From assembly GCA_038821645.1 (NCBI GenBank), contig JAWBDT010000003.1, positions 75,192-107,191 on the forward strand: a stretch of DNA of 32,000 nucleotides, written 5' to 3'. Positions 19,101 through 26,725 of the stretch are shown piece after piece (the first letter of the stretch is position 1; each line of letters starts with the position of its first letter). The DNA is from Ignisphaera sp. Its GTDB lineage: Archaea; Thermoproteota; Thermoprotei_A; Sulfolobales; Ignisphaeraceae. Under the pieces are notes generated by a model. It saw nothing but the letters and a program-made list of their open reading frames with translations. It was not told where the DNA came from and searched no databases. A program made the position numbers and the translations under genes.

Positions 19101-20169
19101 CTCTAAATAATCTGATCCTCTTGCCTCTAGCTCTTCCTGTAGCAGAGCTAATTGCAAGTATTCCACATTTCCTTCTTGTAGCTAGAATTTCGCGCTGAAG
19201 ATCATTAAAAATATCTCTGATATGTTTCTCGCCTTCATAACACATACCTCTAGTTTTTTCATTTTCAGATGAGTCACACTTCATTACTCTCTGACGAAGA
19301 GCCATGAGTTTATACGCTTTCTCTATATCCCTTTCACCAAATCCTATAAGCTTCAAAATCATGTCTATGGCTTTACTACCCTTCATTACAGCATCAACAT
19401 CGTCTACAAAAACAAAATCTATCTTATATCCTTTGGAGAGAAATTCATTGAACACATCATTAAAGTTTCTCATGAGGTACTTAGACGTTGTGATAATTAT
19501 ATCAAAATAACCCTCACGTATAGCTTTTTCATATTCTTCTCTTTTCTTTGGTGAAAGCTTTGAATGCATAGCTATAATCTGAACTATTATACCTGCTCTT
19601 TCTGCAAACTCTCTTAACCTTTCTTCACACTGTTTCACAAGGATAGATGTTGGAACGATTATGTATGCCTTTTTACCTAATCTATAGGATAGATAGAGAG
19701 CTACTATCAATCCAAACGTTGTTTTACCTACACCTGTAGGAGCTATAAGTGCAAAACTCTGGTTTTGAGCAATTCTTACAGCCCAGCTTATCTGGAGATG
19801 CCAAGGAGAACTCTTCAAACATTTGACAAAAAATTCACTAAAGTCATGCACAAATTTTTGAACATCAACAACTTTTCTAATGCTACTTTCAGTGAATACT
19901 TCCTTAACATGTTTTGTTAGTTCAATCATATTACTAACAGGTATTATCTCGTTAGTACCCATACATTTTGAGCAAGCATTCTTAAACAACAATCTACTAT
20001 CTTCTATAGGACCACCACAATTGGGACATAAATGTAGATATATACCTCTAGGAAGCAAGAGCTTGTTAATGTGATTTTCATCTACTTTATGTAGAGAAAC
20101 CTTAACACTTAATGCAGGTAATACCATAGAAAATCCAGCTGAATCATATCCTCGAGAACCTATATTCAT
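16132..20169 (-). CDS. rgy: Reverse gyrase (helicase-like domain fused to type IA topoisomerase)
   Basis: N-terminal zinc finger CPNCGG...CSKC, Walker A APTGVGKT, DDVD box and SAT/QASGRTSR helicase motifs. Toprim ESPNKARTIA and DPDAEGE, an inserted zinc finger CLRCG...CPICG, and the active-site tyrosine block ITYHRTDST. GGAGAG Shine-Dalgarno-like motif and a TATA-like element lie upstream of the ATG at 20169. Confidence 0.97.
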   Translation of the reverse strand: MNIGSRGYDSAGFSMVLPALSVKVSLHKVDENHINKLLLPRGIYLHLCPNCGGPIEDSRLLFKNACSKCMGTNEIIPVSNMIELTKHVKEVFTESSIRKVVDVQKFVHDFSEFFVKCLKSSPWHLQISWAVRIAQNQSFALIAPTGVGKTTFGLIVALYLSYRLGKKAYIIVPTSILVKQCEERLREFAERAGIIVQIIAMHSKLSPKKREEYEKAIREGYFDIIITTSKYLMRNFNDVFNEFLSKGYKIDFVFVDDVDAVMKGSKAIDMILKLIGFGERDIEKAYKLMALRQRVMKCDSSENEKTRGMCYEGEKHIRDIFNDLQREILATRRKCGILAISSATGRARGKRIRLFRELLGFNIGSAVEVYRNVVDTYMLMPKEEEVADIVAKLINKLGDGCLIYVTIDRGLEYANKLCNELRDRGIDVEVLSSRRTDTLERFILGEIKALIGVATYYGLLVRGIDIPERIRYAIFIGVPRHKISITQIGFNPQNLLRLLTVLLDVIEDEKQKDKAIRLIAQLRRILRQMSAERIKIIVDKISSQEPIEEPIASIITEAHNFVTSLLSDKNIVEALKKYQKASIVEENNTLYILIPDAPTYIQASGRTSRLFVGGITTGLSIVLVDDIRLLNGLVDRVKYFIEDFSMSSLETVDIDNVIKRIDDDRELLKAIRSGKLDLREVPKELRVRTALFIVESPNKARTIASFFGRPTFREIDGLRIYETNVGDIHLLITSTGGHVFELVEEGIQEDSVYGIAIAKHKEKTLFLPKYDYIKRCLRCGTQFVKGETCPICGSDRVKSSRSVIEVLQKIAMEVDEIFIATDPDAEGEKIGYDIAISLAPFAKSIMRIEFHEVTRKAVMNAFRNPREVNLSLVEAQITRRIEDRLLGFALSEYVTNKLKTLDIGLREREGRLSAGRVQTPVLGRIIELYIKKLTTARKTKIIYLDGISIEVPQDLLEKALGEEIKRLSPSRVEVVFRPISVSIERLYPLPPFTTDEMIAEAYRVLKIDAVEAMRLAQDLFELGFITYHRTDSTRISSAGIGVAKEYISSIYGDKLSEVFEPRTWGSGGAHEGIRPTKPIDVDRLKELIAEGIIETPLRLTAKHFKLYDLIFRRFMASQMKPGIVEKTRYIATVYIDNNEVFSHTIELVTNVIDPGFLLMYMPIKVISVPNTTFSLKPLKIRTVVLSEYTMPTQGDIIRWMKEVGIGRPSTYAKIIDTIIKRGYTMSVKGGILIPDIEGIYVYLLLAGASFDDKDIDFEMFLNTIRSVYRRSENIVENVTKILNMVRNELRRMVSVKRTQELYTKIQAVESGKVNYIDVIQELFKEVCKHVISELYGEGVKVCQTM

Positions 20170-20202
20170 GTTTTCTCTCCTGGACTAGCTATTCACACTT
20201 AC

Positions 20203-20211
20203 TATAAAAAT
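20203..20211 (-). promoter_or_regulatory. Candidate TATA box for reverse gyrase
   Basis: The minus strand reads TTTTTATAG about 38 nt upstream of the rgy ATG. GGAGAG (complement of 20175-20180) sits just upstream of the ATG. Confidence 0.4.
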
Positions 20212-20295
20212 TTTCATTACATAAAGTTCTAGTCTAGAGCTTAAAGTTAGGTGAATTAAGCTAGAAATGAAAGATGAAAAGATATGGGTAAAAAT

Positions 20296-21638
20296 TTACC
20301 TTCTCTTAATGAAATATCCAAGAATTACTCCAATAACAACAACAACTATACCAATGCCTATTGTTGCTACCCAGTTCTGCTCTACCAAAGTGGTAGTAGT
20401 TGGGTATGTTGCTGTAGAAGTAACAATATTTGTCTTAACAGACGTTTGTATTATAGTGGTTTCTTGAGTTACAGTAGTAAACATTGTTTTAGTAGTTTGT
20501 TGAGTTACAGTAGTAGTTGTTGGTTTGGTTATAGTTTCAGTTTTCATTATTGTTTCTGTAATCCTTATTTCAGATACTTTCGGTACACTTACTGTTGTTG
20601 TAATACTCTTCTCTATTGTTGTTGTAATCTTCTCAACTATTACAGTTGTTAGTGTTGTAGTAATTTGGTGTGTTACTTCAACGGTTACTATAGTAGGAGT
20701 CGGTGTAGGAGTTGTAGGTGGTAATGCCACATTTAATTCATAGTAGTATTCATAGAATGTCCAGCAGAATTTAGCTGTAGCTTGCGTACTTGAGAAAAAT
20801 TCGCCAAATAGATCTATCATCTGTATTATATACTCCTTTAATGCATCTAAACTCCATTTATCTGGATGCATAGAATTTAGTAATCTTAAGGTTTCATCTA
20901 TAAATATATTGATGTATAAGCCTATCTTTGCTTTGGGATATTGTTCCTTTGCTAGAAATGTTATTTCGGTATGATCTGCTAATGACTGATCTGTATTTCT
21001 TCCATATACATCAAATTCTATGCATCTTAATGTATCGTTGATCTAGACTGGAATAATATAGCTACCTACTAAAGTGCCCCTGGCGCATCAGCTTCCGGAC
21101 TACAGTACATTTGTATACTGATCAATATATCTCCTCGTGATGTTCCACCACTTCTCAAAGTCTTGGGTATCCATAGGTAGTAGTTTATAGCTATTGGTGT
21201 AAGTGTTTTTGTAAAGTCCACAGATACATTAAATACTGCCTTGACAGTTGGTAATTCACTTAACTTTATAGGCAATTTGAAATATGGATGAGGATCTGGA
21301 TTACTTCCCCAAATGTTTATCCCGTATCTAAAGCCTGGTCCAGCTATAAGTCTTACTCTTGTTGGATAAAGCTCGCTGAAATCACCTTCACCTGTAACAC
21401 TTTCTTCAGTAACAGTAAGTGTTATACTTCCAACAGCTGTATCTGGTATATTCCATAAATTCGCTACAACATCTACATAAGTTAACCTGATCGTAGCCCA
21501 CTTATTGCCAGCACTTCCTACTGCCTGACCAGTAATCTTATTTGGATCTGGAAATATAGTTGCTATTTGTACTTGTTGTTGAGTGTATGAGTTGTATGAG
21601 TTGATGGATGCTGTAAGTAACAGCATTATAGAGAGCAC
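20296..21638 (-). pseudogene. Disrupted GH12-like (endo-beta-1,4-glucanase family) surface protein: signal peptide, GH12 jelly-roll, Thr-rich stalk and C-terminal TM anchor
   Basis: ORF 21069-21638 carries a signal peptide and the N-terminal GH12 blocks (ANLWNIP; DILISIQMY at the E[LIV]MIW nucleophile strand). The frame of ORF 20296-20871 is open up to 21042 and carries the C-terminal blocks (IEFDVYG; ITFLAKE; EYIIQMIDLFGEFF, equivalent to Y.L.YQFGTE.F). The two halves are separated by a frame change near the G4 run (21077-21080) and a TAG at 21043-21045. Confidence 0.65.
20385..20721 (-). repeat. Low-complexity Thr/Val/Ile-codon-rich region (stalk) with short internal nucleotide repeats
   Basis: Encodes PPTTPTPTPT...ITTTLTTV...TTTTVTQQTTKTMFTTVTQETT. 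The 15-mer tgagttacagtagta occurs twice (20465-20479 and 20501-20515). This composition generates spurious long ORFs on the opposite strand. Confidence 0.8.
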
Positions 21639-21834
21639 TAAAAACTGTTTTAGTTCTTTTATTTAGCGTTATGCAAATCAACAAGTTACACTCTGTCATA
21701 CTGTCTATAAATAGAATTTAAAAACTTAGCTTAAATCGTACTCGTAAGTTACCTCAGACATCAACAATAACGTAACAATTAGTAGTTAAAAAGCAGAGCT
21801 TAAGTTTTATATTGTATCACTCAAGTATTAATTC

Positions 21835-22794
21835 GTGGTGTTTAGTATGTGTATAGCTGTTGTCGGTAGTATACATGCTGATTTTTATATAAAGACCAAG
21901 AAATTTCCACAACCAGATGAAACGGTTATCGGTAACGATTTCGCAATACACCCAGGTGGTAAAGGTGCTAACCAAGCTGTAGGATGTGCTCGTCTAGGTA
22001 TTGAGACATATATGATAGGAGCTGTAGGCAATGATTATATAGGTCGTCTGCTCATAGAAAATCTTGCAAAGAATGGTATAAAGGTAGATTACATCTTTAC
22101 AGCAGAATGTAGTAGTGGAGTAGCATTTATAATTCTTAACGAAGAAACTGGCGAAAATATGATAATAGTTTCATCTGGTGCTGATAACGCTCTTACACCA
22201 AATTATGTAGAGGATGTTCTTGAAAATCTAAAGAATAGAGCTAGAACTCTTTTAGTTCAACTTGAGATACCTATAGAGACAGTATATAAAGCAATTGAAA
22301 TAGCTAAAGAGATGGGTATGACTACAATACTGAATCCCGCACCAGCAAGATCTTTAGATAGGTATATCTACAGCTACATAGATGTGATTGTTCCAAATAG
22401 AGTTGAGCTTCAGCAACTTACAAACATCAAGATAGCTACCATTGATGATGTTTTTAAGGCTAGCGAAGAACTACTAAACTATGGCTGTAACGCTGTAGTG
22501 ACTACACTTGGATCTATGGGAGCAGCAGTAGTTACTCCATCAATAAGAGTTATTGTTCCAGCATTCAAGACCCAGATAGTAGATACAGTTGGAGCTGGCG
22601 ATGCCTTTGTAGCAGGTCTTGCAGTATCGCTATATGAAAATAGAGATATAGTTGAAGCTGTCAAATATGCTAATGCAACAGCTGCTTTAAAGATTATGCG
22701 CATGGGTGCTCAAAGTATGCCAACACGCAGTGAAGTTGAAGAGTTTCTAAAGAAGTATTCACAAAACAGTAATGAAATATTAAAGATATATTGA
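21835..22794 (+). CDS. rbsK: Ribokinase (PfkB family)
   Basis: Ribokinase-type motifs GGKGANQAV and DTVGAGDAF, and an IAVVGS..AD N-terminus. Start is either GTG 21835 or, more likely, ATG 21847, which is preceded by GGTG. Confidence 0.85.
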   Translation: MVFSMCIAVVGSIHADFYIKTKKFPQPDETVIGNDFAIHPGGKGANQAVGCARLGIETYMIGAVGNDYIGRLLIENLAKNGIKVDYIFTAECSSGVAFIILNEETGENMIIVSSGADNALTPNYVEDVLENLKNRARTLLVQLEIPIETVYKAIEIAKEMGMTTILNPAPARSLDRYIYSYIDVIVPNRVELQQLTNIKIATIDDVFKASEELLNYGCNAVVTTLGSMGAAVVTPSIRVIVPAFKTQIVDTVGAGDAFVAGLAVSLYENRDIVEAVKYANATAALKIMRMGAQSMPTRSEVEEFLKKYSQNSNEILKIY

Positions 22795-23136
22795 TACCCC
22801 ATACATAGACATCACATATCTCGATCAAAATGCCATGACCATATGCATGAATTTATCTCAACAAGATTCGCTAGCATGCTCTATACATAAATTTTCTAGT
22901 AGTTCTAGATGTCGTGAAGCTCTCCTATTTTAACATTCATTACATAATTCAAAACCTTACTTGGATAACGTTTCGATCGTAACTACATCAGATTCAACTC
23001 TAATTATACTCTTACTGAAACCTTGTGAATAGTTATCCTCTGGAAACATTTTAAGTTTCTACAAAGATTATGTTAAGTCAGGATATTCCTCATGATTTCA
23101 TTTACTGCTGAATAAAAATGAATTATTAGTATTCAG

Positions 23137-24630
23137 TTAAGCCTTACCGTAAAGTAGTTCAAGAAATCTTGTGTATGCTTCATCATGTTCTTTACTGTGA
23201 TTAGGTTCATATACACTGATCTGATATGAATTCTGAACATATTCTCTTAATTCTCTCAAAGACTTTATTATACCTAAGCCTGCTACTTGTAGAAGTACAT
23301 TACCTATCGATGTAGCTTCTTCAGGACCTGCATACACTTTTTTGTTAGTGAAGTCAGCAGTAAGTTGGTTGAGTAGCCAGTTTCTAGAACCTCCTCCAAA
23401 TATGTTTATATGTGTTAGTTTTCTACCTATAAGATCTTCTGCTTGTTCAAAAACAAGTCTATATTTTAGAGCAAGACTTTCGAATACTATTCTGAAGAGT
23501 TCGCCAATATTTGATGGTTTTTCTTGTTTTGTTTCCTCGAGGTACTGCATTATAGCGTCAACCATGTTCAATGGTGCTACAAACCTATCATCATCAGGAT
23601 CTATGAATGCCTTAAATGGTTTTGCTTCTAGAGCCATCTTGAGTATCTCTGGATAAGAGAGTTGCTGACCTTGCTCACTTAGTACTCTTCTAACTTCCTC
23701 AACTATCCACATACCTTGGATGTTTCTGAGAAATGTTATAGTATTGAACGCCCCTCCCTCATTAGTAAAGTTGTACTCCATAGCTTTCCTGTTTATTAGA
23801 GGTTCTGGAAGCTCTACACCTACTAGAGACCATGTACCAGAACTCACATAACCAGCACTCTCATTAACCATAGGTCCTGCTGCTATTGCTGAAGCAGTAT
23901 CATGGGTTGCTGGCGCAATTATCTCTATATCTTTTGGTACATCAAGTTCCGAGACGAGTTTTGGAGATATTTTACCTAATTTTGTGGTTGGCTCGATAAC
24001 TGGAGGAAATATATGTGTAGGTATTCCCAACGCCTCAAGTATATCATATGCCCAGTTCTTTGCCTTGGGATCGAGAAACTGTGTTGTTGTTGCTTCAGTA
24101 AATTCTGCAAAGGCTTCACCGCTTAACCAGTAGTTGAATAGATCGGGTATCATTAGGAAGGTTTTGGCTATCTTCAGCTGTGGAGAACCTTTCTTAACCA
24201 TTGAATATATTTGAAACAATGTATTTATCCTTATGAACTGTATACCTGTTCTCTCATATATCTTCTCTTTTGGAACTATCTTCAGAACTTCTTCAAGTAT
24301 ACCCTCAGTTCTAGGATCTCTATATGTGTGTGGATTACCGATGAGTTCACCTTTCTCGTCTAAAAGAGCATAATCTATTCCCCAAGTATCTACACCTATA
24401 GATAGAAGCCTATTACCATACCTTCTATAGGCAAGCTTTATCGCATACTTCATCTCGTGCCATATCCTGAGAACATCCCAATGAAGACTCTCGCCTACCC
24501 TAACCATATAGTTAGGCCAACGGTAAAGCTCTTCAACACGTACCTTCTTTTCCTTCTCATCAATAAATCCAACCATAGCTCTACAACTACTAGCACCTAA
24601 ATCAAAGGCTAGTACAACAATTTCGCTCAT
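23137..24630 (-). CDS. rhaB: Rhamnulokinase (FGGY family, RhaB orthologue)
   Basis: Collinear with E. coli RhaB blocks as I recall them: FDLGASSCR, IGVDTWGIDY, YRDPRT, TGIQF..INTLFQ, ATTTQ, ATHDTASA, VSSGTWSL, FTNEGG, NIQGMW, IDPDDDRF, FESLALKY, IFGGGSRNWLLNQLTAD and AGPEEATSIGN. The likely start is ATG 24628-24630 (MSEIVV); the ORF track starts at GTG 24645. Confidence 0.88.
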   Translation of the reverse strand: MSEIVVLAFDLGASSCRAMVGFIDEKEKKVRVEELYRWPNYMVRVGESLHWDVLRIWHEMKYAIKLAYRRYGNRLLSIGVDTWGIDYALLDEKGELIGNPHTYRDPRTEGILEEVLKIVPKEKIYERTGIQFIRINTLFQIYSMVKKGSPQLKIAKTFLMIPDLFNYWLSGEAFAEFTEATTTQFLDPKAKNWAYDILEALGIPTHIFPPVIEPTTKLGKISPKLVSELDVPKDIEIIAPATHDTASAIAAGPMVNESAGYVSSGTWSLVGVELPEPLINRKAMEYNFTNEGGAFNTITFLRNIQGMWIVEEVRRVLSEQGQQLSYPEILKMALEAKPFKAFIDPDDDRFVAPLNMVDAIMQYLEETKQEKPSNIGELFRIVFESLALKYRLVFEQAEDLIGRKLTHINIFGGGSRNWLLNQLTADFTNKKVYAGPEEATSIGNVLLQVAGLGIIKSLRELREYVQNSYQISVYEPNHSKEHDEAYTRFLELLYGKA

Positions 24631-24852
24631 GATACATACACCCACAATACTATCTTCTGCTGAGTAGATATAAACCTTCCTATCAGTTTAATACACCAAA
24701 TGTATGCATCATGTACTGTATTTCCATACGCCTTATCAGAATCATGACGAGTAGTTAAATATTAGTAAATAATCTAGGCTAGCATATCGATATGACTAGA
24801 CTTTAATAAAGATTTTAAACCGAGAACACAAGGCATAACAATAGGTGTAATT

Positions 24853-25875
24853 GTGACTAAATTAAATCCATTCATAGTTTTTGTGATAAAGAGAGTTAGC
24901 ATGATGATTTTAACATTTTTTGTAGCAGCAACACTGATATTCCTATTGCCACGTCTTATCCCAGGAAACCCGCTAGCCATGTTAATATATTCTCTAGTTC
25001 AGACTGGTGCATCTGATCCAGAAAGACTTAAAGCAGTTGAGAGAATGCTTTTAGAGTACTTCCAGCTCGATAAACCTCTATACGAACAATACTTCAGATT
25101 TATTCAAGACCTCTTTAGAGGAGATTTAGGGAGATCTATAATGTTCTTTCCAAATACTGTTAATGATATTATCGCCAGATACCTTCCATGGACTTTAGCT
25201 CTACTTATACCAGCAATAGTGGCTTCATGGAGTGTAGGAAACATCATAGGAGTTGTAGCAGCTATAAATAGAGGAAAAATTACCGATAAAGTTGTTCTAC
25301 CACTACTTGCAGTTCTTCAAGGTACACCTCCATACATATTCGCCATGTATCTGTTGCTAATCTTTGGCGTGTACCTTAAGATTCTACCTACTGGAGGTGG
25401 ATGGTCTCCAACTTTAAGACCTAGCCTATCTGCAACATTTGTTCTAGACTACCTAAGACACTATATACTACCATTCACATCAATATTCCTAACATCTTTA
25501 GGTGGATGGGGACTAAGTATGAGGAATATCGCTTTACAAGAATTGACAACAGATTACATGGACTACGTCAGAGTTCTAGCACTTTCACAGAAAAAGACCA
25601 TAAGATATCTCTTTAAGTGTTCAGCTTTACCACAAATAGTTGGTTTAGCGATAGTTTTAGGATGGAGTGTGGCTGGTTCAGTTATAACTGAAATAGTGTT
25701 CAATTACCCTGGTATAGGTACAGCTCTCTGGAGAGCACTACAGTCTACAGACTATATGTTGATACAGGGCTTCTTCGTAATACTGATAGGGACGATAATA
25801 CTAGCCAACTTTATATCAGAGATCATGTTTGCTGTTATCGATCCACGAGTTAGATATGCATATGTAGGTGCATAA
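24853..25875 (+). CDS. ABC transporter permease, Opp/Dpp (BPD) class, OppB/DppB-like
   Basis: 340 aa. N-terminal IKRV..MILTFFVAATLIFLLPRLIPGNP is typical of DppB/OppB, with multiple TM segments. AGGTG lies 7 nt upstream of the GTG start. Confidence 0.9.
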   Translation: MTKLNPFIVFVIKRVSMMILTFFVAATLIFLLPRLIPGNPLAMLIYSLVQTGASDPERLKAVERMLLEYFQLDKPLYEQYFRFIQDLFRGDLGRSIMFFPNTVNDIIARYLPWTLALLIPAIVASWSVGNIIGVVAAINRGKITDKVVLPLLAVLQGTPPYIFAMYLLLIFGVYLKILPTGGGWSPTLRPSLSATFVLDYLRHYILPFTSIFLTSLGGWGLSMRNIALQELTTDYMDYVRVLALSQKKTIRYLFKCSALPQIVGLAIVLGWSVAGSVITEIVFNYPGIGTALWRALQSTDYMLIQGFFVILIGTIILANFISEIMFAVIDPRVRYAYVGA

Positions 25876-25877
25876 AG

Positions 25878-26711
25878 TTGAAGATACCCGGTATACTAAG
25901 GATAAAAAAGTTTGTCATAGGTATCGCGATATTCGCTGCCATAGTTATTACAGGACTCATAGGTCCAATTTTCTATAAAGTTGATCCCGGCAGAATGGTT
26001 GATAGAAGATATCTACCACCATCAACAAAATATCCATTGGGAACAGACGCTCTAGGAAGAGATGTTTTAGCACAATTCCTTCACGGTATAAGAGGATCTC
26101 TGTTGGTGGGTTCAGTAGCTTCCGGTATAGCTTTAGCATTAGCGATATTTCTTGGAACTATAGCAGCAGTATTCGGGGGATTAGTGGATAAAGTTATACT
26201 GACGGTTTCAGAAATCTTCATAATAATACCAGCTATCCTACTAATGATGGTTTTAGCTGCATATCTACCAGAAAGAAATCTATGGCTTGTAGCATTTGTT
26301 ATAGGTATAACATCATGGGGTGGATGGGCAAGAGGATTCAGATCCAGATCTATGAGCATACTCTCGTCAGAGTACATAAATATGGCTATTCTCTCTGGAG
26401 CTTCTAGGCTTAGTATAATTGTTAAAGATATCCTACCGGTCATCTCCCCATACATATTAGCGGCTTTCGCAATGATATTTTCTTACGCAGTCATGTCTGA
26501 AGTTGGTTTAACAGTAATAGGCATAGGTATGACTAAAGACATCACCCTAGGACTTGTACTATATATAGCTCAGCTATATGCAAACATTACACAAGGCATA
26601 TGGTGGACATTCGTACCACCAACAATAGCAATAATAGCTATATATCTCTCCCTCTACATGATAGCTATATCGTTGGATGAATACTTCTCACCAAAAGTAG
26701 GCTCTATGTAA
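25878..26711 (+). CDS. ABC transporter permease, OppC/DppC-like
   Basis: 277 aa. PLGTDALGRDVL motif after the first TM is typical of DppC/OppC. Starts 2 nt after the preceding gene. Confidence 0.9.
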   Translation: MKIPGILRIKKFVIGIAIFAAIVITGLIGPIFYKVDPGRMVDRRYLPPSTKYPLGTDALGRDVLAQFLHGIRGSLLVGSVASGIALALAIFLGTIAAVFGGLVDKVILTVSEIFIIIPAILLMMVLAAYLPERNLWLVAFVIGITSWGGWARGFRSRSMSILSSEYINMAILSGASRLSIIVKDILPVISPYILAAFAMIFSYAVMSEVGLTVIGIGMTKDITLGLVLYIAQLYANITQGIWWTFVPPTIAIIAIYLSLYMIAISLDEYFSPKVGSM

Positions 26712-26725
26712 ATTGAGGTGAAGAT

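Noticed and set aside
16283-20074. Eight + strand ORFs of 61-119 aa inside the reverse gyrase gene.
   Set aside because: All are antisense to a strongly supported 1345-aa CDS. They are Ser/Leu/Ile-rich, as expected for the reverse complement of AT-rich Glu/Lys/Ile-rich coding sequence, and show no motifs.
16132-20169. Possible intein or large insertion explaining the 1345-aa length of reverse gyrase.
   Set aside because: The helicase and topoisomerase motifs follow one another with normal spacing. No intein splice-junction blocks or homing-endonuclease motifs are visible. The extra length is spread over the N-terminal leader, the latch region and the C-terminal tail.
20267-20743. Three overlapping + strand ORFs (66, 122 and 72 aa) rich in Cys/Tyr/Ser/Val/Ile.
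   Set aside because: They are antisense to the Thr-codon-rich stalk region. Low-complexity ACN/GTN repeats keep the opposite-strand frames open by composition alone. There are no start signals and no recognisable domains.
21043-21045. In-frame TAG in the GH12-like gene as a recoded (pyrrolysine or read-through) codon.
   Set aside because: No pyl genes or PYLIS-like context are visible. The lineage is not known to use pyrrolysine. The same gene also carries a frameshift and a substitution at the nucleophile, so decay is the simpler explanation.
21100-21110. RGD tripeptide in the secreted GH12-like N-terminal half as an adhesion motif.
   Set aside because: A tripeptide occurs easily by chance. 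It lies on the strand that aligns with the GH12 nucleophile region, so it is explained by the fold rather than by an adhesion function.
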